Positions 1 to 9,415 are shown, counted from the first letter of the stretch. The stretch is DNA of 28,383 nt from an uncultured delta proteobacterium (GCA_963712115.1 CAVQGX010000059.1:1-28383); one strand, 5' to 3'. Notes: generated from the sequence alone by a model not told the origin. A program made the numbers and translations.

Positions 1-1
1 G

Positions 2-1378
2 CAGAGTTCTCCCGTGACCTATGTGGACTCTGTGAGAGATAAAAACTCTTGGGGGGCAGGGAGGAACAGCATCCATTGAGTTGAGTACGTCGCGGACTAT
101 TTCGGCTTGTTTGATAGCTATTTGATTGCGGTCCCGTAAGACAGCCTGGCCTTTGCTTCCCATGCCGTTCAGCTCTTCTGGGTTGACCAGAAAATGTCGC
201 AGTTGCGCCAAGAGCTCATCTCGGTCTCGCACCCTGACTCCGCAACCTGCCCCCTCCAACGCTTGGCTAGCTTCCAGGAAATTATCCATGTGGGGGCCGT
301 AAAAAACAGGTTTTCCCCAGGCAACCGGTTCCAGAATGTTCTGACCCCCGAGGGGTACCAGGCTACCCCCGCAAAAAATCAAATCCCCCAACCCATAGAG
401 ATCAAAGAGCATCCCAACCCCGTCCACCAAAATAACATTGGCTTTCCTTGCTTCCGATCCATTCATCAGGAAACTCAAGCGCTGAAATTCCAGACCTTGC
501 TGTTCGAACCACGAGGCCAACCGCCCAATCCGATTGAGGTGACGGGGCGCGAATATCCCAACCAAATCAGGTCTTTGCCCCAACAGCCGGGAAAAAATCT
601 CCGGCAACCAGAAAAGCTCTCGCTGGCGGATGCTTCCGGCCACAAATACGGGCTCACCGGATTGCAGCTTCAATCTCTGCCTGAGATCTTCAATTTTGTT
701 CGAGTCTGTCTGCTCCACCAATCCAGCGCCCTTCATGTTCCCCGTTACCAAAACCTTATTGGCTGGAGCACCTAGGTCAATCACCCTCTTGGCGTCATCT
801 TTAGAAGACATTGCCAGGGCAGCAAAATAATTGAGCAAGGGTTTCATCAGCGACGAGATCTTTCTATAGCGTCTAAACGACGTCGGTGAAATGCGCCCAT
901 TCAAGAGCAGAGCGGGAATTCCCAGACGATTGGCTTCGCCCAAAAAATTAGGCCAGAGCTCCGTCTCCAGGCAGACAATGATATCTGGCTGGATGTGGCG
1001 CAGAGCACGTCGAACTGAAGTAATGAAATCCAGAGGAAAATATATACAGGTTGCCCTGGGAGCAAGTTTTTCTTTGGCCAACTCCTGTCCGTGGGGAGTG
1101 GTTGTGGAAACAACTATGCCCAAGCCCGGTCTCACCTGTTCAAGGGCTTGGATCAGGGTGGAAGCAACCCCCACCTCACCTACTGAGACGGCGTGGATCC
1201 AAATCAGAGGTCTTCTGTGGAGGGAGTGAATAGTTTCTTGAGAATGAAAGCCTAATCGCTGTCTCCAGCGGTTAGCCTTTTCATCCGACAGCAGCCGGGA
1301 AATAAGGTAGGCGAGAGGTTCAGTAGCAACCGCCACAGGGAAGGTGGCGGCGTTGTAAAGAAGACGGGCGAGGTTCAT
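2..1378 (-). CDS. waaA: 3-deoxy-D-manno-octulosonic acid (Kdo) transferase, 3'-partial (runs off the window edge)
   Basis: Absent from the ORF track because no stop lies in the window. Manual translation from ATG 1378 gives in-frame WaaA motifs IWIHAVSVGE (~1175-1204), ETELWPN (~947-967), NGRIS, TGNMK and GGSLVPLGGQNILEP...GPHMDNF. Confidence 0.93.
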   Translation of the reverse strand, partial: MNLARLLYNAATFPVAVATEPLAYLISRLLSDEKANRWRQRLGFHSQETIHSLHRRPLIWIHAVSVGEVGVASTLIQALEQVRPGLGIVVSTTTPHGQELAKEKLAPRATCIYFPLDFITSVRRALRHIQPDIIVCLETELWPNFLGEANRLGIPALLLNGRISPTSFRRYRKISSLMKPLLNYFAALAMSSKDDAKRVIDLGAPANKVLVTGNMKGAGLVEQTDSNKIEDLRQRLKLQSGEPVFVAGSIRQRELFWLPEIFSRLLGQRPDLVGIFAPRHLNRIGRLASWFEQQGLEFQRLSFLMNGSEARKANVILVDGVGMLFDLYGLGDLIFCGGSLVPLGGQNILEPVAWGKPVFYGPHMDNFLEASQALEGAGCGVRVRDRDELLAQLRHFLVNPEELNGMGSKGQAVLRDRNQIAIKQAEIVRDVLNSMDAVPPCPPRVFISHRVHIGHGRTL

Positions 1379-1402
1379 ATTAGGCTCACTTTGTTCGCCG
1401 CG

Positions 1403-1590
1403 TGGAGCATGGGGCATGGGGCATAGAGTCAGAGGTCAGAGAGCGGAGATCAGAGGTCAGTGAGAATCCAGGAGTCAGGAGCCAGAATTCAGGAGAAAAG
1501 CAATAAAAATAGAGTTTTTCTCGACTACTGGCTACTGTCTACTGACTACTGGACTTTTGCCTTGGGCCTTGCACCTTATGCCTTGTGCCT
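1403..1590 (+). repeat. Dispersed ~190-220 bp intergenic element, family A copy 1 (heptamer arms around a conserved core)
   Basis: Core GCCAGAATTCAGGAGAAAAGCAATAAAAATAGAGTTTTTCTCGACTAC recurs at ~21057 (direct) and ~26994-27040 (inverted), with the same order of GCATRGR, TCAGAGG, CTACTGR and GCCTTG arrays. Confidence 0.9.
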
Positions 1591-1595
1591 GTTAC

Positions 1596-4163
1596 TTATT
1601 GCAAACTGAACAGCAGGGCTTGCTTGATCTCCTCTACTTGTTCAGGGTCCTCCACCCGTTTGCCTTCCTGGGTCAGCACATAAAAGATGTCGGCCACCTG
1701 ATCTATCCTGGTTGAAATTTTGGCCAAGAACACCTGTAATTGCAGGTCCAGCATAGTGCGGGTAATGGCATAGAGGAGGCCCGGGCGGTCCGTAGTATAG
1801 ACCTCGATTATGGTGTACTGATCCGAGGACTGATTGTCCACCACAACTTCATCAGGCTTTGCAGGTGCCCGCCTTCTTTTTTTTCTCTGGTCGGCAGCGT
1901 GCAGTGCCAGTCTGTAATCCAGAGCAAGTCTCCCTTGTAGTGCTTTCTTGAGGTCATCCATCACCTTTTCCCAGGAGATTTCCATCTTGGGCTTCAATGC
2001 GGACACCTCGAAGGTCTGAAAGGCAACACCATTCTGCTTGGTATGGGTTCTGGCTTTGCGGATATCGAGTTGATTCAAAGTCAGTATTCCTGCCGCCCTG
2101 GCGAAAAGACCAAGAGGCAGCCGGCTCATCAGCATGAGTTCCCACATTCCTTGTTTTTCTTCCACTTGCCAGGACAGAACCTCATTCTCCAGCTGACGCT
2201 CCAATCTGTATTGATTAACCACCTCTTCGGGTGTTGCCGTAAGTAGATATCGCGGTGGCATCTGCTCAAAGTGCAAATTTAACTCTTCTTTGGTCATTTC
2301 GTCGCCGAGCAACTCTGCCACTTGTCGCTTCAGAGATAGGAGCCTAGCCGCCACCGCCCTTACATCAGGATCACCCCTTTCCAAGCGATGGAGGAGGCAC
2401 TGATATAGTTCGAGCATAGGCAGGCTCTGCCAAAATTCCCAGGCCTGCGGCCCAGTGGCACGAAGGTCGGCGAGGGAGTGGAGTAAGAGCATTTTCAGCA
2501 GCTCTACCGAACCAATTTCACCAGCGCAATGCTGAAGCATCTGCTCGTCATCTATATCTCGACGGGCTGCACTGTCTGTGAGTAGCACATGGTTGGCCAC
2601 CAGGAAGCTCAGGAGCTGCTTTTCCTCATCGGCAAGACCGAGACGATCCCCAATGAGCAGTGACATCTCCCCTCCCCTCCGGGCATGGCCATGGCCTCCA
2701 CTTTTACCAACGTCGTGGATTAGCCCTGCCAGCAAGAGCACTTCCTGATCCCTAATACCGTCAAGCCATTCAGGAGTCAGCGGAAAGTCAGAATCATGTT
2801 CACCGTTGAGCAGCTTTTTCAGCTCCGCAAAAGTCCGAAGATGGTGTTCATGAACCGGGTATAGATGAAAAGCGTCATGCTGAACCAAAGCATGGACCTG
2901 GCGAAGTTCTGGGATGAGGGTTGGAAGCACTTCTGTTTCATAGAGGGCTCTTATTGTCTTGATCCCCGAGTCCTCTGCCCTGATAATCTCGAAAAGCCAA
3001 TCACGCAGTTCTGTCTGACCTTCTAAGCGGCCCGTTAGCTGGACAGCCTGGCCTTTGGCCCATTGGTAAGCTTCCACACTCAGGTCCACACCCAAATGGA
3101 CCGCCTGTTTGAACAGCTCCAGCAGCCCCTGTCCTTCATGGTTCAACTTGTCGCTGTCCACCATTAGCAGGCCGCGCTCCACCCACATTCCAGGCGCAAC
3201 TTCTTCCCTGGGAGGCTCAACCTCTTCCTCAACACCAGAGGCAATCCAGGCTCGCAGCAATTCCATGAAACGATTGGCTATCAAGCCAATCTCATAGAAA
3301 TGTCCCTCCAACTCCTTCATCATGACTTCAACGGCGAGGAAATCCCCTTCATCTTCATAACCCAAGCTGTGGGCCACTTCCCGTTGTGCCTCGTACTGCA
3401 ACTGGGTCTCCTGGCCCCTTTTGAAAAGCTGGAGATGATTTCTTACTTGCAAGAAAAAGCGTTCGGCTTTCTGCAGGGCTGAATAACTGCCTGAATCCAG
3501 ATTGTTTGTTTCAAGCCAACTTTCGGTGCCGTTGAGCAAATAGCGAGCCCAACGGATGCGATTGAGCTCACCCAAGCCGCCACTGCTGTACTCTAAGTCT
3601 GGTTCGAGGATAAATGATGGGTCTGGCTGCCCGTCTTTCCTCTCCAGCCAGTCCTGTAAGAAAGCCCGAATCGATTGCCGGTCCCTGTCTGACTCGATTT
3701 GTTCCATTAACGATAGCCGCAGGTCATCCATCAATTGGCGAGAGCCACTAATAAATCGACTGTCGAGAAGACTGCTCAACCAGCCGAAGTCACTCAAGCA
3801 CAGCTCCACAGCCTCCTCTACTTTGAGTGCTTGAGACTGGACCTCCCAACCGGCGTGTTCTAGAGGCTGGACGATACCTGTCTTCCAAACATCTTCTTCG
3901 AAGGGGGCTTCAGAGTCTTGGAGGAAGAGCAGATTTATTGGCGAAAAGGGACCGAGCTGACGTCGCCCGTATTCTCCAATGGCTAAGACTGCTCCATAGC
4001 GGCGGATTTCCAGGGCATGCAGATCACTGCGGTTGGTCAACCTATTGTAGAGGGAAATAAGAGCCACGTCGACCATGGCAGATATTCTCCCCGGATCCTC
4101 CAGTTGCTCGACTTCTTTCAGTTTTTTTCTCTGGTTGCTGAGATGGGTTACTATTTGTTCCAT
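1596..4163 (-). CDS. glnD: GlnD-family [protein-PII] uridylyltransferase/uridylyl-removing enzyme with a degenerate NTase motif
   Basis: 855 aa. NTase-like start (AIGEYGRRQLGPFSPINLLFL), EPDLEYSSGGL, HD domain (VQHDAFHLYPVHEH...LIHDVGK...ADLRATGP) and two C-terminal ACT domains (DNQSSDQYTIIEVYTTDRPGLL...KISTRIDQVADIFYV). Confidence 0.92.
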   Translation of the reverse strand: MEQIVTHLSNQRKKLKEVEQLEDPGRISAMVDVALISLYNRLTNRSDLHALEIRRYGAVLAIGEYGRRQLGPFSPINLLFLQDSEAPFEEDVWKTGIVQPLEHAGWEVQSQALKVEEAVELCLSDFGWLSSLLDSRFISGSRQLMDDLRLSLMEQIESDRDRQSIRAFLQDWLERKDGQPDPSFILEPDLEYSSGGLGELNRIRWARYLLNGTESWLETNNLDSGSYSALQKAERFFLQVRNHLQLFKRGQETQLQYEAQREVAHSLGYEDEGDFLAVEVMMKELEGHFYEIGLIANRFMELLRAWIASGVEEEVEPPREEVAPGMWVERGLLMVDSDKLNHEGQGLLELFKQAVHLGVDLSVEAYQWAKGQAVQLTGRLEGQTELRDWLFEIIRAEDSGIKTIRALYETEVLPTLIPELRQVHALVQHDAFHLYPVHEHHLRTFAELKKLLNGEHDSDFPLTPEWLDGIRDQEVLLLAGLIHDVGKSGGHGHARRGGEMSLLIGDRLGLADEEKQLLSFLVANHVLLTDSAARRDIDDEQMLQHCAGEIGSVELLKMLLLHSLADLRATGPQAWEFWQSLPMLELYQCLLHRLERGDPDVRAVAARLLSLKRQVAELLGDEMTKEELNLHFEQMPPRYLLTATPEEVVNQYRLERQLENEVLSWQVEEKQGMWELMLMSRLPLGLFARAAGILTLNQLDIRKARTHTKQNGVAFQTFEVSALKPKMEISWEKVMDDLKKALQGRLALDYRLALHAADQRKKRRRAPAKPDEVVVDNQSSDQYTIIEVYTTDRPGLLYAITRTMLDLQLQVFLAKISTRIDQVADIFYVLTQEGKRVEDPEQVEEIKQALLFSLQ

Positions 4164-4236
4164 TAGGCCATTCTTCCTTATGTCTCGGGGTCGAGATTTA
4201 GCTGTTTTGCATAGATTTTTTTCAAATTGCGCTCAA

Positions 4237-4341
4237 GGACTAATGGACTGTTGGCATGGAGCATGGAGCATTGGGCAGTAGTGAAATCCAAGGTCTGTTA
4301 TTCAGCATTCTCAATATGCCTACTGGCTACTGGCCTACTGT
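4237..4341. repeat. Inverted heptamer arms upstream of glnD
   Basis: GGCATGGAGCATGGAGCATTGGGCAGTAG on the left, CTACTGGCTACTGGCCTACTGTCCCCTATGCGCTCTGTGCTCC on the right; roughly complementary. Confidence 0.7.
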
Positions 4342-4601
4342 CCCCTATGCGCTCTGTGCTCCTAAATATTAAACCGGTTTAGTCTTGCTAACACGTTACC
4401 ACGCAGTCAAAGTTTTTATTATACCGGGATTTGGATTAAAAAGAATAGAAATCTGAGGAGGCATAGGGCAGAGGGCATAGGGAAATACAGCTGTCAGCGG
4501 GAGACCAGGCAGTTACGAAGACTAGCTAGTGAACGCTATCGAGATTCTGTTAGTCTGGATCCCGGAATCGGCCGACGACGGATTCCGAGAAGACGTCTTA
4601 T

Positions 4602-4668
4602 GGCGGGCACAGAGGCCCGCCTTCTTATAGTTCTTCGACTCACGGGCGGGGGTAAACCCCGCCCCTAC
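4602..4668 (-). repeat. Two REP-like palindromes (GTAG class)
   Basis: GGCGGGC-ACAGAG-GCCCGCC (4602-4621) and GGGCGGGGGTAAACCCCGCCCCTAC (4644-4668); the latter reads GTAG-GGGCGGGG-TTTAC-CCCCGCCC on the minus strand. Confidence 0.75.
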
Positions 4669-4869
4669 ATGATTTGGTTGGTAATGAACGAAACTTCAGA
4701 TAACTCTTCCTAAGTAATTATGTTTCGAACATTTGAGAATTAGGATTTAGGATTTGTTTCGTGCTTCGGATTTGGGATTTCGAATTTCTGATCTCCTCTT
4801 CGAAGCCTACAACCTCTCACAGGCGCCACAACCTCAGTTGAGAATTCAGTGATAGCAACTCCCAAGAGA

Positions 4870-7203
4870 TCAGCCTAACGGATCATTCTCCACCAGATCC
4901 CAGATTCCGCAAGGGCAGGCTGCAGCGCAAAAACCACAGCCAATACAAAGATCGGGATCTACTAGCATTTCCAAACCGTTTTCCTCTTCCTCTTTCTTGG
5001 AGATGGCCCCCTTGGGACAGATGGTTATGCAGACGCCGCAATCACGGCATGATCCGCAGGAAGAGCACTCCGTGGCACAATGTTCAATGGACTCGAAGCT
5101 CTGCAAGCGGGGGTCGAAGTATTCCAGCTTGATCCGGGAGCGATCAATGATTTGTCGGGTGTCTCCCCGAGGTCGCTTTCCTCCCAGGATGTCGTTTATG
5201 GCCTGGGCCGCGGTGCGCCCGGCGCCGATGGCATCGGTGAGAAGCCCAAGCTTTACCGCATCGCCCAGGGCAAATATCTGGGGATCCGTGGTCTGAAAGA
5301 TGTCATTAACCTCAATAAAGCCGTTCTGGGTTCTCACCGTTTTTGGAAGAAAATCCACATCAGGCTGATCTCCAATGGATATGATCACGGTGTCGGCTGG
5401 AATAACTTCACCGCTTGTTAGTTCTACGCCATCTGCGGTGATTTCCTTGGTAAAGCATGGCCAGCGAAACTTGGCGCCAATTTCTTCCGCTGCCTCTCGT
5501 TCAGCACCGAAAGATAAAGGTGTCTGAATATCAATGAGGGTGATGTCCTCTGCGCCCAGCCTGTGTGCCTCTGTAGCCGCGTCACAACCCACATTTCCCG
5601 CCCCGATTACTACTACCCTTTTTCCGACCTTGGCCTCGCCAGCCTTGCTCTGCCGGAGAAACTGGAGAGCCGGAATCATCCTCTCTTTGCCAGGAACGGG
5701 GAGGATACGAGGTTTTTGCGCTCCCACAGCAATAACTACGAAATCGTAGTCCTCTTTTAGCCTTTCAACCTCTTCGCTCTCCAACTTCTGTTGCAGATGT
5801 ATGTGGGGAAGAGCCTCACGGGCCCGCGCCAGTTCAGCATCTACAATTTCATCGGGAATTCGACTTCTGGGAATAAGGGAGCTTATCTTGCCCCCCAACT
5901 TTTTCTCCAGATCAAAGATAATTGCCTCGTGGCCATGTTGTCGCAGTTGCCAGGCCACAGACAGGCCGCCAGGGCCACCGCCGATAATCGCTATCTTACT
6001 CCCTGACAGGGGTGGAAGTTCAGGCAGTTTGGCCTTCAGACTTGCCTTGCCCAGACTACTCACGTCCACCGGCGTCATGCCGGCCCACTGACGGGTGCAG
6101 CCCTGCATGCAGAGGTTGGGGCAAAGGTAGCCGCAGACTGTTGCGGGAAAAGGCGTATAGGCCAGGGCCATGTCCACGGCCTCATCCACACGACCCTCCC
6201 TGATCAACCGCCAGCGGTCATGGACCGGGATACCGGTGGGACAGCTGGCCTCGCATGGGGGCATGTATGCCTGGTTTTCCCACACCGGAACATAGCGTCT
6301 GAGCTCGCCGTTGGTGATCACTGGAATAGCACTGCGGTCAAGATCGGTGAGGTCACCAATTAGTCCGCCCTTTCCAAGCTCTTGGTCCCACACCTCCTGG
6401 CAGAACTCAGTCATGGAGCGCCGGGCTGCAAAACCCCTTTCCATGGGACTCCTGGCTTCCAGCAGTTGCCACTGCTCCAGGTTAGCAAGTTTTTTATAAA
6501 GTTTGCTTTGATTTATTCTTTCCAAGAAAACCTTGAGATTTTCTTTTAACCACTCCCAGTCCTCGTCAGCTATGGGCACTAGCTTGGCGTCGTTCTGACT
6601 GAACCCTCCATGCGGACCCCGGAAGAATATCTTGCCCGCCACCATCCCGACGCAGGGGCGGTATCCCAGAATATTCTCGGGGTTTTGGCCTTCATGGCCA
6701 CAGACCACCGCAATGCCACCAGCCATGAATTCAGCAAAATAATCCCCCACCGAACCCAAGACCCAGAGCTCCGGCGGATCAAAGCGGGGGTTGTACTTGG
6801 TCATGGTCATACCCCTGGCACCAATGTTGCCGGCAACATAGATCTTGCCCTGGGCCATGGCATTGGCGGTTCCATTGGTGGCATGCCCGTGGACGGTAAT
6901 TTCCGCCCCCGCATTGAGCCAACCCACATCATCTGAGGCTGGCCCCAGAATCTCGATGCGAGTGTTGGAAAAACCCATGGATCCAGTTCTTTGGCCGGGT
7001 GAGCCGACAATTCTGATATTTAGCGGCTCATCTCCCGCCCGCCACAAACGGCCGCCGATTCCATGCTGACCAAAGGCCTCAACTTCTATGTCGCAGTGCC
7101 CACCAGAAACGGCAGATTGGATTATCTCCTCCAACACCCGCGATTCAATCCGGTGGCCGTTTTCCATGCCGGAAATCACATAAGACCGGTCTTTCTGGTT
7201 CAT
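4870..7203 (-). CDS. Glutamate synthase GXGXG (GltB C-terminal) domain fused to a GltD-like FAD/NAD(P)H oxidoreductase and a C-terminal 2x[4Fe-4S] ferredoxin
   Basis: GXGXG beta-helix repeats (GQRTGSMG, GHATNGTANAM, GSVGDYFAEFMAGG), GltD-type Cys clusters (CEASCP, CGYLCPNLCMQGC), FAD motif IIGGGPGGL, pyridine-nucleotide motif IGAGNVG, and CRDCGVCITICP / CIGCGFCAAACP. Confidence 0.9.
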   Translation of the reverse strand: MNQKDRSYVISGMENGHRIESRVLEEIIQSAVSGGHCDIEVEAFGQHGIGGRLWRAGDEPLNIRIVGSPGQRTGSMGFSNTRIEILGPASDDVGWLNAGAEITVHGHATNGTANAMAQGKIYVAGNIGARGMTMTKYNPRFDPPELWVLGSVGDYFAEFMAGGIAVVCGHEGQNPENILGYRPCVGMVAGKIFFRGPHGGFSQNDAKLVPIADEDWEWLKENLKVFLERINQSKLYKKLANLEQWQLLEARSPMERGFAARRSMTEFCQEVWDQELGKGGLIGDLTDLDRSAIPVITNGELRRYVPVWENQAYMPPCEASCPTGIPVHDRWRLIREGRVDEAVDMALAYTPFPATVCGYLCPNLCMQGCTRQWAGMTPVDVSSLGKASLKAKLPELPPLSGSKIAIIGGGPGGLSVAWQLRQHGHEAIIFDLEKKLGGKISSLIPRSRIPDEIVDAELARAREALPHIHLQQKLESEEVERLKEDYDFVVIAVGAQKPRILPVPGKERMIPALQFLRQSKAGEAKVGKRVVVIGAGNVGCDAATEAHRLGAEDITLIDIQTPLSFGAEREAAEEIGAKFRWPCFTKEITADGVELTSGEVIPADTVIISIGDQPDVDFLPKTVRTQNGFIEVNDIFQTTDPQIFALGDAVKLGLLTDAIGAGRTAAQAINDILGGKRPRGDTRQIIDRSRIKLEYFDPRLQSFESIEHCATECSSCGSCRDCGVCITICPKGAISKKEEEENGLEMLVDPDLCIGCGFCAAACPCGIWDLVENDPLG

Positions 7204-7246
7204 AGCATTATCTCCGAAACAAATACTTAATAGTTAGTAACCAAAC

Positions 7247-7268
7247 AGCATAGGGCATAGAGCATAGA
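7247..7268 (+). repeat. Heptamer array (GCATAGR)x3, left arm flanking the four-helix-bundle gene
   Basis: AGCATAGGGCATAGAGCATAGA; reverse-complementary to the array at 7705-7762. Confidence 0.85.
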
Positions 7269-7294
7269 GAAAAAAAACAGAACTGTTTGGTGTG

Positions 7295-7648
7295 TCATAA
7301 AGTGTATTGGAAACTAGTAATTTGTCGGCATAAGCTATCGAGCCGATCTAATAAAGAATCCATAGTCTCGTTGTTTATAAGCTCTCTCGTCTCCAATAAA
7401 ATGACAATATTAGCGTTCTCGTATGTGGACCTTCGTGCAATGTCCAGGAAACGTCTGAACTCTTTACTTGAAGAAGAACCTGAGCCTTCAGATATGTTAT
7501 TTGACATGGACATTCCGGAGCCCCTAAGCTGGTCGGCAAAACGGTATAATCATTTCCTTTCAAGCTCATCTGCAATATCAAAGAGTTCATTAGCTATTTC
7601 GATTGCCAACTGCCAGATTCGTAGATCTTGAAATCTAAATTTTGCCAT
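7295..7648 (-). pseudogene. Four-helix-bundle protein (23S rRNA intervening-sequence protein family) with an in-frame TGA at codon 33
   Basis: Manual translation: MAKFRFQDLRIWQLAIEIANELFDIADELERK*LYRFADQLRGSGMSMSNNISEGSG...KEFRRFLDIARRSTYE...ITSFQYTL (117 codons). Matches the family pattern F.DL..WQ.A...QLR....S...NI.EG...EF..FL.IA..S..E. TGA at 7550-7552. Confidence 0.9.
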
Positions 7649-7704
7649 GGTTCTGTGCCCCTTTCGTCTGCTAGAGAGTTTAACTATGCGCCTTTAAGTT
7701 TTGT

Positions 7705-7762
7705 CCCTATGCCCAATGCTCTATGCCCTATGCCCTATGCTCTTTGCCCTATGCTCTATGCC
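7705..7762 (+). repeat. Heptamer array (CYCTATG)x8, right arm flanking the four-helix-bundle gene
   Basis: CCCTATG CCCAATG CTCTATG CCCTATG CCCTATG CTCTTTG CCCTATG CTCTATG. Confidence 0.9.
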
Positions 7763-7780
7763 TAATCGCCACAAGCTTGA

Positions 7781-9415
7781 CTAGACGACGAAACTTATGC
7801 TTAACCGCTCGGCCGCTGGTTTATCGTTGATTCCAATGGCATCGGACATGCCAATGGGCAGGGAGGTCGAGCGGCCCAGGGGCGCCAGAATCTTCCTCAG
7901 CTCGGTGTCAAAGGAGAGAAACACATCCACCACTCTTTCCGCCACCTTTTCCGGATCCAGACGGCGATATAACCGTGGGTCCTGGGAGGTGATGCCCTTG
8001 GGGCAGAGGCCAACATTACAGAGATTACAGCGGTCGGATTCCGAGCCAATGCAGCCAGCAGCGGCCTGCATAATGTATTTGCCAATCTGCACCGCACTTG
8101 CTCCCAGCATAATGAGGGCGGCGGCATTGGCTGCCAGGTTACCTTGTTTTCCCACACCACCTGCGGCAATCAGCGGAATCTCGTTCTGCATTCCCACCTT
8201 GACCAGGTTCAGATAACAGTCGCGAATATTGCTGGCAATGGGGTATCCCATGTGATTCATGGAAACGTTGTAGGCTGCTCCGGTACCACCATCTTCACCA
8301 TCAATGCAGAGGGCGGCAGCATAGGGATTCCGGGTCAAATTATTGAGAACCGCAAGTGCAGTGGAGGTACCAGAAATCTTTGGATAGACAGGCACCCGAA
8401 AACCCCAGGCCATATACATTGACTGGATCATCTTAGCCACTGATTCTTCGATGGAGTACTTGGTCTGGTGCGTGGGCGGACTGGGAAGACTCACGCCAGC
8501 GGGAACCCCCCGTATAGCAGCGATAAGGTTGTTCACCTTGTACCACATTAACAGGCCGCCATCGCCGGGCTTGGCCCCCTGGCCGTATTTGATTTCCACC
8601 GCACAGGGGTCTTCCTTCATATCCGGCAAGGCATGGATGATCTCATCCCAGCCGAAATAACCGCTGGCAATCTGCAAAATTGTGTACTTCAAAAAGCGGG
8701 AGCGCAACAGTCTCGGGGGGCATCCCCCTTCGCCAGTGCACATACGGACCGGCATCCCCAGCTCCTCATTGAGGTAGGCCACGCCCATTTGCAATCCTTC
8801 CCACATGTTGGGAGAAAGGGCCCCGAAGGACATGGAGCCAATCATCAGGGGATAAATCTCTCGCACCGGCGGGATCCAACCTTGTTCCCTCTGCAGCCGA
8901 ATGTTTTCCTCGGCTGGAAGAATGCGCCCCAGAAGTGTCCGCAGCTCAAATTCATGGCGCCCTGCGTCGAGAGCGGGGTCAGTGAGCATGGAGATTCTGG
9001 TAAACTTGATTTGATCCAGAATGCCGCCCACCACATTCCTGCGACCCCCACGCCGGCGCGGTTGACCTCCCCGGTCGATGTGGTATTTGAGCTTGTCCGC
9101 TTCGTCGTTTCGGTAAACCATTATGCATTCGTTGGGGCAGACCATGGAGCACATGCCGCAGCCGACACAAGCATAAGCAGGGTCGGTCTTCTGCCTGATG
9201 CCATAGAAGACCTTGTAGACATTGGAGGGCTCTCTATCCAACCCCATGGGGGTTTGCACCAGCCTCTGGCGATGGACCCCCAGGTCAATGGCATGAACCG
9301 GGCAGACGGCGGTGCAGCGCCCGCACAAGCTGCATTTATCCTTTTGCCAAAGGATCTGCCAAGGCAAATCTTTGGGGCTTAGTGTTGAAGGGGTAATAGT
9401 TCCGTTTGCCGACAT
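7781..9415 (-). CDS. Glutamate synthase FMN-binding subunit (GltB2-type) with an N-terminal 2x[4Fe-4S] ferredoxin
   Basis: CSLCGRCTAVCP and CVGCGMCSMVCP; MSFGALS, TGEGG, QIASGYFG, EIKYGQGAKPGDGGLL, DGEDGGTGA; Fe-S motif C...CNLCNVGLCPKGITSQ. Confidence 0.93.
   Translation of the reverse strand: MSANGTITPSTLSPKDLPWQILWQKDKCSLCGRCTAVCPVHAIDLGVHRQRLVQTPMGLDREPSNVYKVFYGIRQKTDPAYACVGCGMCSMVCPNECIMVYRNDEADKLKYHIDRGGQPRRRGGRRNVVGGILDQIKFTRISMLTDPALDAGRHEFELRTLLGRILPAEENIRLQREQGWIPPVREIYPLMIGSMSFGALSPNMWEGLQMGVAYLNEELGMPVRMCTGEGGCPPRLLRSRFLKYTILQIASGYFGWDEIIHALPDMKEDPCAVEIKYGQGAKPGDGGLLMWYKVNNLIAAIRGVPAGVSLPSPPTHQTKYSIEESVAKMIQSMYMAWGFRVPVYPKISGTSTALAVLNNLTRNPYAAALCIDGEDGGTGAAYNVSMNHMGYPIASNIRDCYLNLVKVGMQNEIPLIAAGGVGKQGNLAANAAALIMLGASAVQIGKYIMQAAAGCIGSESDRCNLCNVGLCPKGITSQDPRLYRRLDPEKVAERVVDVFLSFDTELRKILAPLGRSTSLPIGMSDAIGINDKPAAERLSISFVV

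Noticed and set aside
194-1233. ORF-track ORFs 194-775, 891-1229 and neighbours
   Set aside because: Antisense or alternative-frame shadows of waaA.
4386-4401. Sigma54 promoter for glnD (TGGTAACGTGTTAGCA, minus strand)
   Set aside because: GG-N10-GC spacing fits but the remaining positions match TGGCACG-N4-TTGC poorly.
7550-7552. Selenocysteine recoding of the in-frame TGA
   Set aside because: The context is not a Cys/redox motif and I see no convincing SECIS hairpin downstream.
7295-7648. Diversity-generating retroelement (Avd-like gene plus repeat pair B)
   Set aside because: No reverse transcriptase in the window; family B differences are not adenine-specific and neither copy lies in a CDS.
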